Assembly: GCF_030028105.1 (NCBI RefSeq) | Contig: NC_092384.1 | Location: 3,887,665-3,951,664, forward strand | Direction of reading: 5' to 3' | DNA from: Mobula birostris | Taxonomy: Eukaryota | Length of the DNA stretch: 64,000 bases | Part shown: one piece after another, positions 34,620 to 47,800 of the stretch | Layout of the letters: every line of letters begins with the position of its first letter | Numbering within the stretch: the stretch's first letter is position 1 | Made by a program: the position numbers and the translations under genes | The notes under the pieces: generated by a model | Seen by the model: only the letters and a program-made list of their open reading frames with translations | What the model was told of the DNA's origin: nothing | Database searches by the model: none

Positions 34620-37330
34620 CAATGAACTTCAGGGGACATTCAAATTAGCTACCCATAATAAATATTTTATATTAGTCTTCACTGTGGAAGACTTCCAGTG
34701 TGCAGTATATCAGTATGCTGGAAGTCCCAGATGTCAAAAGGCATGACGATTGTGGGGTTACCATAACTAGACGGAAAGTCCTTGGAAAATGAAGGGTTTG
34801 GAGGTAGATAAGTATGGCTCAGACGGCGCACACCCAAGAGTTCCGAAAGAGGTGCTTGAATTGATTATAGGGTCATTAATAATGATATTTCAAGTATCAG
34901 TAGATTCTGAAATAGCTCCAGAAGACTAGAAAATTGCAAATGTCACTGCACTCTTGAAGAAGGAATAAAAGCTGAAAAAAGGAAAGCTATAGGCCAGTTA
35001 GTCTGGCATCATTGGTCGGGAAGATGTTAGTGTTCACTGCTAAGGATGAAGTCTCAGGTTACTTGGAGGCGCATGTTGAAATAGGTCGTAGTCAGCGTTG
35101 AATCCCCAAGGGAAAAATTGCCTGACAAATCAGCTGGAATTCTTTGAAGAAATAACCAACAGGATAGACAAAGGAGAATCGATTGATGCTGTGTACTTGG
35201 ATTATCAGAAAGCCGATGACAAGGTGGCACACATGAGACTGCTAAACAAGCTACGGGCCCATGGTATTACAGGATAGATTCTAGCATGAATAAATCAGTC
35301 GCTGATTGCCTGGAGATGAAGGGTAAGAATGAAGGAGTTTTTTTTTTTTTTTTTTTTTTTTTGTCAGGCTGCCGGTGACTAGTGATGTTCCACGGGGTCT
35401 GTGATGGAACCAATTATTTTTACATTATATATCAATGACTTGGATGATAGAATATATGGCTTTGTTGCAAAATTTGCAGACAATATGAAGATAGGTGGAG
35501 ATGCAGACAATTTTGAGGACCTAGAGAGGCTGCAAAAGGTCTCTGACAGATTAGGAGTATGGGCAAAGAAACTGAAGATGGTTGTGTTGTGAAGTGTATA
35601 ACCATGCTCTTTGCTAGAGGAAATGGAAGGGCTGAACATTTTCTAAATGGAGAGAAAATAGAAAAATCTGAGGTGCAAACGGACTCGGTCGTCCTTGTAC
35701 ATGATTTCATAAAGGTTAATTTGCAGGTTGAGTTTTTTGTGAGGAAGGCAAATGCAAATTAACATTTATTTCAAGAGGACTAGAATATAAAAGAAAGGAA
35801 GTGATTTTGAAATTTTATAAAGCTCTAGTGAGGACTCACTTGGAGTATAGTGAGCAGCTTTGGGCCCCTTATCTTAGACAACATATGCTGAAATTGGAGA
35901 AGGTTCAAAGGAGGTTCATAAGAATGATTCCAGGATTCAATGGCTTACCATGTGAAGAGCGCTTGATGGCTCTGGGCCAGTATTCACCAGGATTCAAAAG
36001 AAAGAGGAGAGACTTCATTGGAACCTATCGAATGGTGGAAGGGCTCGTTGGTGTGGACCTGGGGAAGATAGTTCCTATTGTGGGATTATCTAAGACCAGA
36101 GGACATAACCACAGAATAGAAGGGCGTCCTTTTAGAACTGTCATGGTCCGGATCAGGTTCCCTTTAAATTTACTTCCTTTGTTTTACGAACCGGACCGTT
36201 GACTCCCTGTTTCCCTTTAATTCCCTGTTTTCCCGTGTCCCTCGGGCTTGGTGATTAAAGGCAATTTACTCTCAACTGAACCGGCAATTTATGAGTCTCG
36301 TACTTTTGCCGTTCGGCGCGAGAGCTTTCTGGGGCTTTAACGAAGTCACCGAAGCTAGTGCGAGCAAATGACATCTGGCCGGAGCCAACTAAGTTTCTTG
36401 CCCGAACAAGATAACTGTCCTACCGAAGTCAGTGCCAGCAAGCCGCCTTCCCTTGCCAAAGCGGGTCCGTCAAATTTAACCCGCCGGGATGAGTCAAGAG
36501 CTCGCCGCTGCTTGGAGCGCAATTTGCGGCCAGTTATAGTACTGTCTGTCGTTGTGTCGTCTCCGTATCCATGTCCTGTGTCTAAAAAGGGGTCGTGGCC
36601 CTGTACTCTAGAAGGATCCTGACCCTGTGTCTAGAAGAGTCCAGACTCTGTCCTGTGTTTAAGGAGGATTCCCGGCTCAGTGTTTTACGTCCTGTGTCTG
36701 AGGCTGTCCAATAAATAAGAAGAGCACCGGCTCCATATCCTGTGTAAAAGCAGGAGTTCCGGCTCGGTGTTCTATGTCCTGTGTTTGAGTTCCAAGTCCA
36801 AGCTCTGAGGTTCAATTATCCAGTCCTGGCTCCGGGGTTCCAAGTATCAGGTCCTGGCTCCGGGTTCTAAGTATCAAATCCTGGCTCCGGAGTTCAAAGT
36901 ATCAAGTCCTGGCTCCGAGGTCCGTGTTCCGAGTCCTAGCCTGGACCTTGAGTCCTTATCCATTACGGTTATTCCCACTTCCGCTTTGACCTCCTTGTAA
37001 CGAGCAATGACCTCAATTTAGTTAACCTTACAAAACGTGATTGTGTCCTGTATTTGGGTCCATCCTTGCTCCGCACGTGTAACAGAAATGAGATAAGGAG
37101 GAATTTCTTTAGCCAGAGACTGGTGAACATATGGATTTCTTTGCTACAGGCAACTGTGGAGGCCATGTCTTTATGCATATTTATAGGCAGAGTTTGATCG
37201 ATCTTAATTGGTCAAGGCATGAAGGGATTTAGGGAGAAGGCAGGAGACTGGGTGTGAGAGGAAAATTGGATTAGCCAAGATGAACTGGTGGAACAGACAT
37301 GATGATCCAGTTGGCCTAAATCTGTTCTAT
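34620..37330 (+). mobile_element. Degenerate CR1 RT and 3' end, split by an LTR-like insert at 36139-37084
   Basis: LYKALVRTHLEY, FADNMKIGG; the CR1 3' sequence resumes at 37085 (GAAATGAGATAAGGAGGAATTTC) where it stopped at 36138. Confidence 0.75.
36139..37084 (+). mobile_element. 946-nt solo-LTR-like element (TGTCATGGTCCGG...GTGTAACA) with internal short tandem repeats
   Basis: TG..CA termini and clean interruption of a CR1. Imperfect TSD (GAAC/GAAA or AGAAC/AGAAA). Internal repeats such as AAGTATCAxGTCCTGGCTCCG at about 36820-36925. No ORF. Confidence 0.65.
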
Positions 37331-38708
37331 ATATTGTGGTCTTATGGTCTTACAACTTTCACAAAGGAATACGGTAAAGATTACCAGAGGTAAACCATCC
37401 AATCTCGGAACAAGAAAGTAGGATGTCCTTGGCGATCCCTCATCAGGCTAACAATCTTGATTTGTTTAATAATGACCAGTATTACACCCTGATATCAGTT
37501 ATGCCCACATTACTCAATTCCATTTACAACTCGTCAGCAATTCTTCACGATAAGCGGCAAGTAATAGTTGAAGAATTGCCAAACCATGAAGATAAATAAA
37601 ACTGCAGCTTATAACAACATATGTTTGGAAGAACATGAAGCTGCAATCGTGTCATTCCCGCCATTAACTGTCACAACAATAGATTCCGTAGCGCAGCAGA
37701 TTAGGCAATTACACTCGTGAATATGCCCGTGTCAGCTATTTCTTATTTCATTGTGGTAGCATTTAACTCCATTGATTACGTCGTAGTATTTGTCCAGACT
37801 TGTACACAGCACAGCGAAGCTACGTTGCCTGTTTGCATTTGGCCTTGCATGAGAAATTGGACTGTCGAGTCAGCTGAATCCGAAGACTAGCGTTATTCTA
37901 TTAATATTTAGATGTTCTTTTCAGCCGCAGTGTGAGCTTCCTTTTCCATTTGAGGGTTTTAGTTAACGGCGCTGTTTGGCCTAGCGTTTATTGTTTTATT
38001 TTCCCTTTAACACTGTTTGCATTAAAGTTTGTGAACTATCGTCCCGTTTTAATGTCTCTCACTCCGCACTTAAGCCATATCTGAACCAGGTGAAATTAAC
38101 TCCCTGATGGTCATCAAGAACTATTAATTTGACTGGACTAGCCACATAAATGTCATAGCGTTTCAAAACTTGGAAATCTTGGAGTAAGCGACTCAACTCC
38201 AGACATTGCAAAATCTTTCCTCTTTCTTCAAACCATAAATTTGGTGTGGCAGAGTTAACTTCACTGCTTCAGGTAAGTGCAGTTTCAACAACTCTCCAGA
38301 AAATTAGCACAATTCAATGTAAAACAACCCATGTCATTATTATTAGTCTATTGACCTATGTTTTCACTCTCGTCATGGGAGGTATGAGAAACTCTCACTG
38401 CCCTATGTTGGGTATATTCCATCATTTTCTCCATCGTCACATGGCATACATTGAAAACTATCTCCCAATAGCAGAGTGAACCTAGCAGATGGATTGTAAC
38501 TGTTCAAGGCGGCTGCCACCAACACCTACTCAATGGAAATAATAGGCAATAAAGTCTGTCCCGGCCAGCGACATCGAATAGCACCAATCAATTACAATAA
38601 AACTAAAGAGACGAAGTGAGCGTGTTTAAATGCGCGAGACTGCATTCTGTTACATGGAAAAACACAAAAACATTAATACAGCAATGATAATTGTTTAAAA
38701 ATATTTTA

Positions 38709-38864
38709 TCATTGATTTGCTAGTTCCTCCATGAATTTACTCGTTCTACATACCTGGGCATATATTGTATTCTGTTCAGAATCTCTGACTATAGTGGACG
38801 TCTTGGCCCGAGCCATATTTAGAGTGACGTATGTTAGCTTTTGATCATCTTCGGATTGCTTTGT
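38709..38864 (-). CDS. Gene B terminal coding exon with ITIM and ITSM (TKQSEDDQKLTYVTLNMARAKTSTIVRDSEQNTIYAQVCRTSKFMEELANQ*)
   Basis: Acceptor GATTTTCAG| at phase 0; 52 codons ending in TGA. LTYVTL is at 38820-38837 and TIYAQV at 38751-38768. Absent from the ORF track because it is short and has no upstream start. Confidence 0.85.
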   Translation of the reverse strand, partial: TKQSEDDQKLTYVTLNMARAKTSTIVRDSEQNTIYAQVCRTSKFMEELANQ

Positions 38865-41800
38865 CTGAAAATCATCAACAATCTGTTATAATGTTTCCAC
38901 CAATAAAATGTATGTTTTTGCAATAAATATTTGACCATAGCCCAAAAGGAACATCGCACTGCATATGACAGCAACGCACAAAGTGCCGACAGCTTTGAAA
39001 AGTCAGTTATAATTTAAATCTTGCGTTTCCTTTGATGAAGCAACCAAACAGTAAAACTGCTTTATTTTCTTCTACCGATCTCTAGTCATAAATGGAGAAA
39101 CCTCGGCTTGCGGATCGAAAATAACAAAACAAAAATATTGATAAGTTGAGTTAATAAAAATAATATTTGATGCCCTGTGGAGATGGTAACGGAGCGCCTC
39201 AATTTTGAATAAGTCAATTTTCAACAATCTTCTCTTTTCGACAGAGAAGCCCAAATTTAAGAGAGTGGGCAAATGTTTGGCTGATGGTGTACAACTTTAG
39301 CAAATGAGAGATCATCAACTTTCAAAGAAAAAAAATGAATATCGAGTATTAATTATACGTTGAAAAGTTTCAGCATGCTGTTTTACAGAGGGCCTTGAGA
39401 GTGTTTGAATGTATCGCAAGATGTTGGTTACCTGACGAGAGAGGTTATCGAGAAGGCAAACGGTATGGTTTCCTTTGTTGAGAGAGGGCTTGCATTTAAC
39501 AGCAGTAATTGCACATGACACGGGTGTGGACGCATCCGAAGTATACCGTGCAATGGTAGTTCTCTTACTTGAGAATGGATAACCTGGCATCGGAGGCGAT
39601 TCAATGAACATTCAAAGTTTTATTCCAGAGAGGAGTGAATTACTCCTGGGATAGATTGAGTTGCATGGGAGTTGCATGTACGCTGTAATTCAGAAGCATG
39701 GGCTGATATCTTATGGAAACATACAATATAATGGGAGAGATATATGTAAGGTACAGGTATTGAAGAACTAGGAGCCATAACCCCAATTCGGAGGAGGCAT
39801 AAAGGACAGAAATGAGCAGAAACTGCTATTCTAAGAGTTTTTTTTTTGTTGAATTCTATGCTCGGGGAGCATTTTCGGCTACCTTATTTAATCTATTTAG
39901 GACACAGTTAGATTTTTGCACAGCGAGAATATTAAGGCTTACGAGACAGATTAGCTGAATCTGAGATCACAGCCAGATCAGTCATGATGCTGCTGAATAA
40001 CGCAGTCGGCTCGACGAGCAAGGTGGCCTACTGCTGCTTTTGTCACTTGTGTTCTGGCGAGCTTTTTAAAAATTATTATGTCCTTAGTGTGGATGTAGCA
40101 ATGGGTGTCAGAGACGGGCGTGACTGTACCATAATAATCATGCCTGACCTCAATAGTCAAATTCCGTAATACAGTAAACGGAGAGTTGCTGGAATGCATT
40201 CGTGATGGCCTAACGAATCCGTTTTTGTCGTAACCGTACAGAGAACGGGACGTTCATGATTCAACGGAATGCAAATGGAACGCAGTAATAAGCAGTCGTG
40301 TTGTGTGCGGTCCCGTGTTGAAGGCCGGCCATAGCACAGTCTAACTCTTTATTGAGTTGGAGAATAAGGTATCTGAGTTTGAAAATAACTTCCAGAGTCT
40401 AAGCCGAGAAAGTAAGGTTAGAGTGGCTATGATAGATTAGGTAACAATTCAAAAAGCGATTCTGAATCTAAGGAGAGCATCAATTGCCCTTTGCTGTCCA
40501 GAGAAAATGGAACAATATAGTTTATATAGTTCAACTATAACTCTCTATCATTAAGCAGGCAAGTTGGTACATTTGAGAATTATTGTCACATGTACGGGGC
40601 TACTCTGAAAATAAAATTGTATTTAGCATGCCAGAAATGTAAAACAGATACAAATGCAGAATAAAGTGCGGGCAAACAACAAGATACAGAGTAAAGTGCG
40701 GGCAAACAACAAGATTCAGAGTAAAGTGCGGGCAAACAACAAGGTGCAGAGTAAAGTGCGGGCAAACATCAAGACTCAGAGTAAAGTGCGGGCAAACAAC
40801 AAGATGCAGAGTAAAGTGCGGGCAAACAACAAGATGCAGAGTAAAGTGCGGGAAAACAACAAGATGCAGAGTAAAGTGCGAGAAAACAACAAGATTCACA
40901 GTGAAGTGCGGGAAAACAACAAGATGCAGAGTAAAGTGCGGGCAAACAACAAGATACAGAGTAAAGGCGGACAAACAACAAGATGCAGAGTAAAGTGCGG
41001 GCAAACAAGATGCAGAGTAAAGGCGGACAAACAACAAGTTGCAGAGTAAAGTGCGGGCAAACAACAAGATGCCATAACGAGGTAGGCTGTGTAGTCAAGA
41101 GCCCACTTTATCATTTTAAGGGAGCTTCAAATTATCTTTGAAGCGCGGGATAAGAGCTGTGCTTGAATCTGGTGATCCGTGCTTCCAGGTGTTTGTATCC
41201 TCCATGTGTTGACGGGCGGCGTAGCAGTACAAAAGACAAATGTACATTTGACTGTTGTACCGTACGGTGGGAAGTATAGACAGAGTCCATGGAGTGGAGC
41301 TTGGTTACCCTGAAGTGATGGGCAGTGTACACAGCTGTCCGAAGTGTAAATAGCATTAGGTCTACAGTCCTTGGAATCCAGTTTAGTAAATATGTTCAAA
41401 ATGGAGCAGATATTGTTGTAGACCGAGAGAATGACGCGGAGGTTAAATAACAGCCTAATGGATTGGGGTATATTGGGTGTGCATAGAAAAGGGAATTGAA
41501 TTTAGGTTATATTGTACCGGCAAACAAGCCAATCTGCTTCTATTTTACGTCAATATCCGTGATTCCGCTTCTCATGTCAACTAATATTCAGGAGCTCTCT
41601 GCACTGTGCTTGCATGTGATGATAATAATACCTAATATCAGTTGTCCTACTATTGTCGTTGAATTTGATCATACAGCGAACAGAAATGTATATAATGGTA
41701 TTTGGAAGGTCAAGCGAATGCAATATTTAGGTGAAATTGCCCAACATACTTTGAATATATATGCTGCATTAGAAAATCCTTACCCTGGTGTTGTCGCGCC

Positions 41801-44800
41801 CATTTGACATCCTGCGCATTCCTAGAGTGGATGTGATTAAGAAGGATAAGACTTAATTCATTTTCGTTCGTGGCAGTGAAGCGTTGTTGCTGGAAACCCG
41901 CTAGCCCATAATCAATGTCATGAAAATATTATAATGTCCTCACTTTTTCACTTTGTCTTTATTTACTCCTATACTGTACAACTAGCATCAGGATTGATTA
42001 TTTAAAATGTAAGTATTAAGAGTTTTCTTCAGTTTGTAAATATTCGGATCAATTCATAACCACTATATTTTCCGTCATAAACAGTTACCCTTCCTTAGTC
42101 CCGAATCTGGAACAACAATTCCCAGCACAGACCGTTCACCAACCAGTCGGAGACTAATGCAAAGGTTAACTTTCGGGAGACGCTGCACTCAAGAAGATGG
42201 GTATGATGCGTCATAGGTCGTCTAATTTTGGATTATTCGAACAGATATATAGTATCCGAGCAAGTAGCCAAATGCATAGTATTGTTTAATTCAAATGGTT
42301 AACTATATGAGTAACCCAAGATGAAAAAAAAGTCCAGAATCTTACCTCTGCCTATCACAATGAAAATGACAATCAGGAACAATATTATTCCTGTTCCTAG
42401 GTAGCCATAAATCCGTTGATCAAACGAATTGTACTTGTCAGAATCTGTAATGTTAATAATGAATTTAGTGGTGAGCTTTACATTGTATACGTGATTTAAA
42501 TTGTAATACAGGAAATATTTCATCTTTGTCGTATTACTTTATCTAATATTGGATTATGACTGTTCGGGCGAATAAACATACAAAGCTGCTTTCCCATGCT
42601 GCAGCTCCCTATCGCACTGGCGAACATTTGTAACTGTGTAGGATGTGTTCTGGGGTCATGAGATGTGTTTGAGATGTGCACTCGCAGGAGTTTCAAACTG
42701 TTCGTAGTTACCAGTACTGTGCCGCCGATGCAGAGGGTGCGAGTTCTCCAGAAGTCGACAACTATCTTCCTTGCTAAGTGACATAGAGGCAGCAGGCCTC
42801 GAGATCTTCCACTTCATTTCTGTATGCCGTCGCATCGTTGTTGGTTATGAGCCCCACACTGTCGTTATATCGAAGAACCTGACAATGCCCTGGGGAAGGG
42901 GGGGGGGGCACAGTTGTTGAGGATGATGAGGAGGGAGAAACAGTTGTGCAACTTGACTACCTGAGGTCTGTAGTTTATGAAGTTCAACACATAATTGCGC
43001 AGTTGTTTATTCAGACTGAGAAGTAGGATATTGTTCACCAACCCTCGGGGCAGCAGTGTTGAAAGCCGAAGTGAAATCCGGAAACAACATTCCAACATAA
43101 ATGTCCTTGTTTTTTAGGTGTGTCCGAGCATTACGATCTGAATGTAGCTCGTGCTTAATCTAGCTGTGTTCGATCTTGATTTTAACACTGTGTAACGCTC
43201 CTGGACGTGTTATCAGTTACAACTGAGTTTATATATTGTTCGGAACTTCCATTTCTTCGCTTTACCTTTTATTATTCAGGGCTTCGCTGATTCTTTTTTT
43301 TTTTAATTTGGAATTCGTAACTGCTGATATAATGGTAGTAAGTTTCTCCCCCCCCCCCCCCCACTAATTAATATCGGTTACCTTTGTTTATTCAGGCATT
43401 GATATCATCACGGAACATCTTCGAAGTAGTCCGTAGAGAAGATGGAAAGATGGATAATGAACCATGTATTTATCACAATGCAGAGGGGCGGGGGGCCTTG
43501 ATGGCGGACCCAAATGGAAGACACGGACACTGAAGTACAAGGAAAAGGACTTGACTAGAGCTGGGACGTGGCAGGATACAGACAAGGATAAGGAACTATA
43601 AACTAGGAGTCTGGGCATGGGAAAGCGGGAGCAGGACTAGGAACCATGGACTTGGAGCCTGTGCTTGGACTGGACAAGGACACAGAACCTCGGTCTTGCC
43701 TCAGGCTCGGTCCCCAGTACTAAGCAGGATCATGACATGGCTACCAGATGGGAGGCTGGGGTCTTGAGGCTTGAGGCTTGGAGACAGGCTTGGGGTCTTG
43801 AGGCTTGAGGATTGGAGATAGGCTTGGGGTCTTGCGGCTTGAGGCTTGGAGACGGGCTTCGGGTCGTGAGGCTTGCGTATTGGAGACAGGCTTGGGGTCT
43901 TGAGGCTTGAGTCTTGGAGACAGGCTTGGGGTCTTGAGGCTTGAGGCTTGGAGACAGGCCTTGGGTCTTGGATCTTGGGTCTAGGGTACTTCGAAGCTTG
44001 GGTATGGACTCCGAGCCAGAGACTGGGCAAGGACCCAGAACCTGGGACTTGACTCAGGCTCGGACTCCAGAACTAGATGAGGACAAGACGAGGCTACAGT
44101 ACTGAACATGGCTTGGGTGAGGAACACCAGTGTAGGGCGAGCCACAAGGACAGGTAAAGTCACATGGACAGGACTCTGATAGGACGGGACTAGGCATGGA
44201 CTGGATGAGGGCCTTCAGGAGCACGATGGCTTGGACTAGAAGAGACGGAAGCACGGAGCCTTGGACTAGAAGAGACGGGAGCACGGAGCCTTGCACTAGA
44301 AGAGACGGGAGCACGGAGCCTTGGACTAGAAGAGACGGAAGCACGGAGCCTTGGACTAGAAGAGACGGGGGCACGGAGCCTTGGACTAGAAGAGACGGAA
44401 GCACGGAACACAGAGCCGTGACCCCTCCTTGGGAACAGGACGTAGGGCCGGGACGCATACACAGAACGCTGAACATGAGGAGACGGATACATCTCAAGGT
44501 GGCGGCAAACGGCCGGACTCACCTAGCGAAGGCGTGGACACAGAAGCAGTTCCCAACTCTAGCTAGCAGCAAACGGTATCCAGGCAGAGAGTCAGGTGAG
44601 GGGGGGGGAAGACAAGGAAGGGAACAGAACAGTCCAGCAGGGAATCCCTGGTTTGCGGAGGTATTTACGTCTCAGGCAAAAAAAAAAAGAGAATCATGTG
44701 CCTACAGCAGAGATTGGGGAAAACCAGAAACAGTGGAATAAAGAGTTATGGACCGGACCGTGAACCAGAATACGGACTTCACGGACCGGACCATGACAGT

Positions 44801-47800
44801 ATTACGGGGTTAGAGGTGAGGTTGTTGTACACTGCAACAACTTCACGGTCATTCCCGCAGACTGCAGGCTCATTCGCTGATTTATGTTACTAATTCAAAT
44901 CAATGAATCAATTCCGAATTTGTCAGAGGTATTGTTAACTTACAATAACTATGCAATGTTTTGGGGCAATATGCACCCGTATCTTTGGTGAAGTTGTGCG
45001 CACAAACCTACTCCAGTCCAACGGAGACATCAGAAAGGCCTCAACTTTGCGACGTATATAGACAGCTGATTAGGTAGTTCAATACCTAGATGTGCATACC
45101 GATGGCTGCTCACTCATCCTACGTATTTCTGCGCTGCAGAAAGCATGTATCACCACCAAAACGGGCGTCCTGCTTTCAGATAACTACCAGTGAAGGTTTC
45201 TGAGCTATCTCACTTACACAAGGAAACCCATCTTCTCGGTATCATTCTTATTTCAGGAATCTGCTGCCCGTGGTTCACGACACCTTTGCATCCGAATGAG
45301 GAGCAACGCCATCGACGTCAAAACAAAACTCCATCGCGGGATTGATAACATGACCCCAGCGTATTAGATTTCTTTCGGGAAGAGTTGCGGTCTAGAACCA
45401 GCTATCAAATTTTCAAAATCAAGGGACGAATGTTGCCATCTTGATGACAATTCCTAGGCGCTGCCATATGAGATGACCTGTTCAAGGCCGACTATTTAGA
45501 TGCAATCACAAGGAAGGAGCAAGGGCAGCTTTAACTTATTAGGAGGTTAAGTGACTTGCCTTCTCACCGAAGGTCCAAAATCCATCGAAATTATTGTCCT
45601 TTGCAAAGGAACATGTATCTACAGGTACAGAAGAAGCACTGTAGACTCCCAGTAGCATCGGACGGGCATGTGACTGTGTATTCAGCATTCACAAGAAAAG
45701 AAGAACATAATATAAATTATACACAGTTTTTACAATACAGAAGAGAAGACCAAACGCGTTCTTTTTGATGCAGAAGATCAAAGTGTTCCGAGTGTGCCTA
45801 TACTGTACCAATCAGGGTTTTCAAGGCTAGTTCATGAACGGAATGCCGGAAAAAACGGCTTTTCTGAAACTCGGCCGTGCTGGACCTCAGGCTTCTGTGC
45901 CTCCTGACCACCAGGAAGTCTGCAGCTGCTGGAAATCCAGAGCAACACCCACATAACGCTGAAGGAACTCAGCAGGGCACCAAGCCTGTATGGAAATGAA
46001 GGAACAGTCGACGTTTCGGTCCAAGACGCCAGTATTTTCAGTACTGGTAATAAAGGGGAAAGACTCCAGAATAAAAACGTGGGGGGAGGGCGAAGGAAGA
46101 TATCTAGATGGTGACAGGTGAAGCCAGGTTGGTTTAAAAGGTAAAGTGCTGAAGAAGAAAGGATCTGATAGGAGGGGAGAGTTGGCCATAGGATAAAAAG
46201 TTGGGTGGTTTTGGGATGGTAGAACAGGGGACCGGGAGGGAAAATATTTTTACCCGAAGGAGACATAGATAATCATGCCATCAGGTTGGAGTCTACTCAA
46301 ACGGAATATAAGGCATTGCTCTTCCACTCCAAGTGTGGCCTCATCTCGGAACTAGAGCAGACAATGCACCAACATGTTGAAACGGGAATGGAATTTGGAA
46401 TTCCCGCTTTTGGTGAATGGAGCATAAGTGGTCAAAGAAGCGGAGGCCCAGTAATGACGAGCTTCAACAATACAGAGAAGGCCGCATCGGGAGCGCTAGA
46501 TACACTCGAGGTCCCCAGCAGATTGGCAGGTGGTGTTTACTCATCTGCAAGGGTAGTTTGGGGCCCTAATGGAATTGAGGACGGAGGTGAATTGAGAAGT
46601 GTAGAGCTTAGGTCGCTAGCACGAATAAGTGTCTAGAGGGAAAATAGTCAGGAGGGACGTATAGCCAAGGGATTCACGGAGTATGGGATCATTTTGGAAA
46701 GCGGGAGAGGGGTGAGGTAAAGATATGTTTATCCCCTGTCTGATGTTAATCATGAGAGGGAAGTCATCCTGTAGACAGCATCATCTGGGGAAACATGCAT
46801 CCGCGGTTGGTTGGGAAACATATACGAATGTACATTTGAAGGTTTTCTAACTTGTTTTACCATGGTCTGGTGAGGCAATGTAAGAAGCTGTAGAATGGTG
46901 GACTATGCCGAGTACATTACGGACTAATCCCTACAATCTCCAGGTATCTACAGGAGACGCTGCCTCAGGAAGACAATATCCATAATCGGGTACCCCCACA
47001 TTCGGGTCACGCCATCCTTGCACAGATGCCAGTCGTCAACTGAAAAAGAAGGCAGAAATTCTTCGCCATTTGGTGCAAGAAATGCTATTTCTCTTCAACC
47101 ATTTGGCTTTTTGGACCAAATCACAGAACTGCAATTACTGTAGTTTAGCACATGACGACTTCGCACTAAGATGGATTATTTTTAATTACAATTGCGTTTC
47201 TTTTTGATTAATTTTGTAAGATAGGTTGAATTTATTTATTTTTTTTTTGTATTGTTGTGTATCTGGTGCCATGAGCCCACGATGCTGCTGCAAGTAAAAT
47301 TGTCATTGCACCTCTGCACCCATGCACGTGTGAATAACAGAATAACCTATACTTTGGCTTTGACATCGGTCAGTTTTACAGATTTGGATGGAATCATGCA
47401 GCATTATGTTAGCGCAGAAAAGTTGGCGGGAATGTGACGTATAAGATGAAGTTATGTTGAAAGACAGAAAAGGCACTTGAATTCAAAGAAACATCGAGGT
47501 CCCGTTCCTTATGTCTTCGGTATCTGACTTTATGTGGTGTTATATAACCATAATGTATTTTCATAAATTATGGATGACAGCTATAATACATGTGCTATGA
47601 AATAAGTTTTACCTTTCAGTTATTATCATTCTTGGTGATGGACTGTTTCGGTTCTTTTTAATTTCTGAAAATGTTGAAGGTTGTTTAGTGTGAACCGCTT
47701 GGAGGCTAAAATACACAGAGCTGCATAGCTGATCTTACCTGGGCTATAGAAAATGTAGCTGATGTTGGCAGGGTTTGGAAGAGCATTGTGAGAAACCTGG

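Larger units (their letters stand above)
43471..44798 (-). mobile_element. 1328-nt LTR-like element related to 36139-37084, in gene B intron 3, with a 5-bp TSD
   Basis: Minus-strand start TGTCATGGTCCGG is identical to the other copy. GTATT flanks both sides (43466-43470 and 44799-44803). GGACCCAAAT near the other end is shared. Confidence 0.65.

Noticed and set aside
40600-41114. Long repetitive ORFs (MQSKVRANNK)n and (HFTLHLVVCP)n
   Set aside because: Artefacts of a 30-nt minisatellite that is stop-free in several frames; no splice sites link them to either gene.
42089-42106. 18-nt in-frame micro-exon candidate for gene B (DSGLRK)
   Set aside because: It is not needed for frame, the acceptor is modest, and such short AG..GT pairs are common by chance.
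44221-44407. Regular 30-nt repeats superficially like a CRISPR array
   Set aside because: The units are head-to-tail with no unique spacers, there are no cas genes, and the context is vertebrate.
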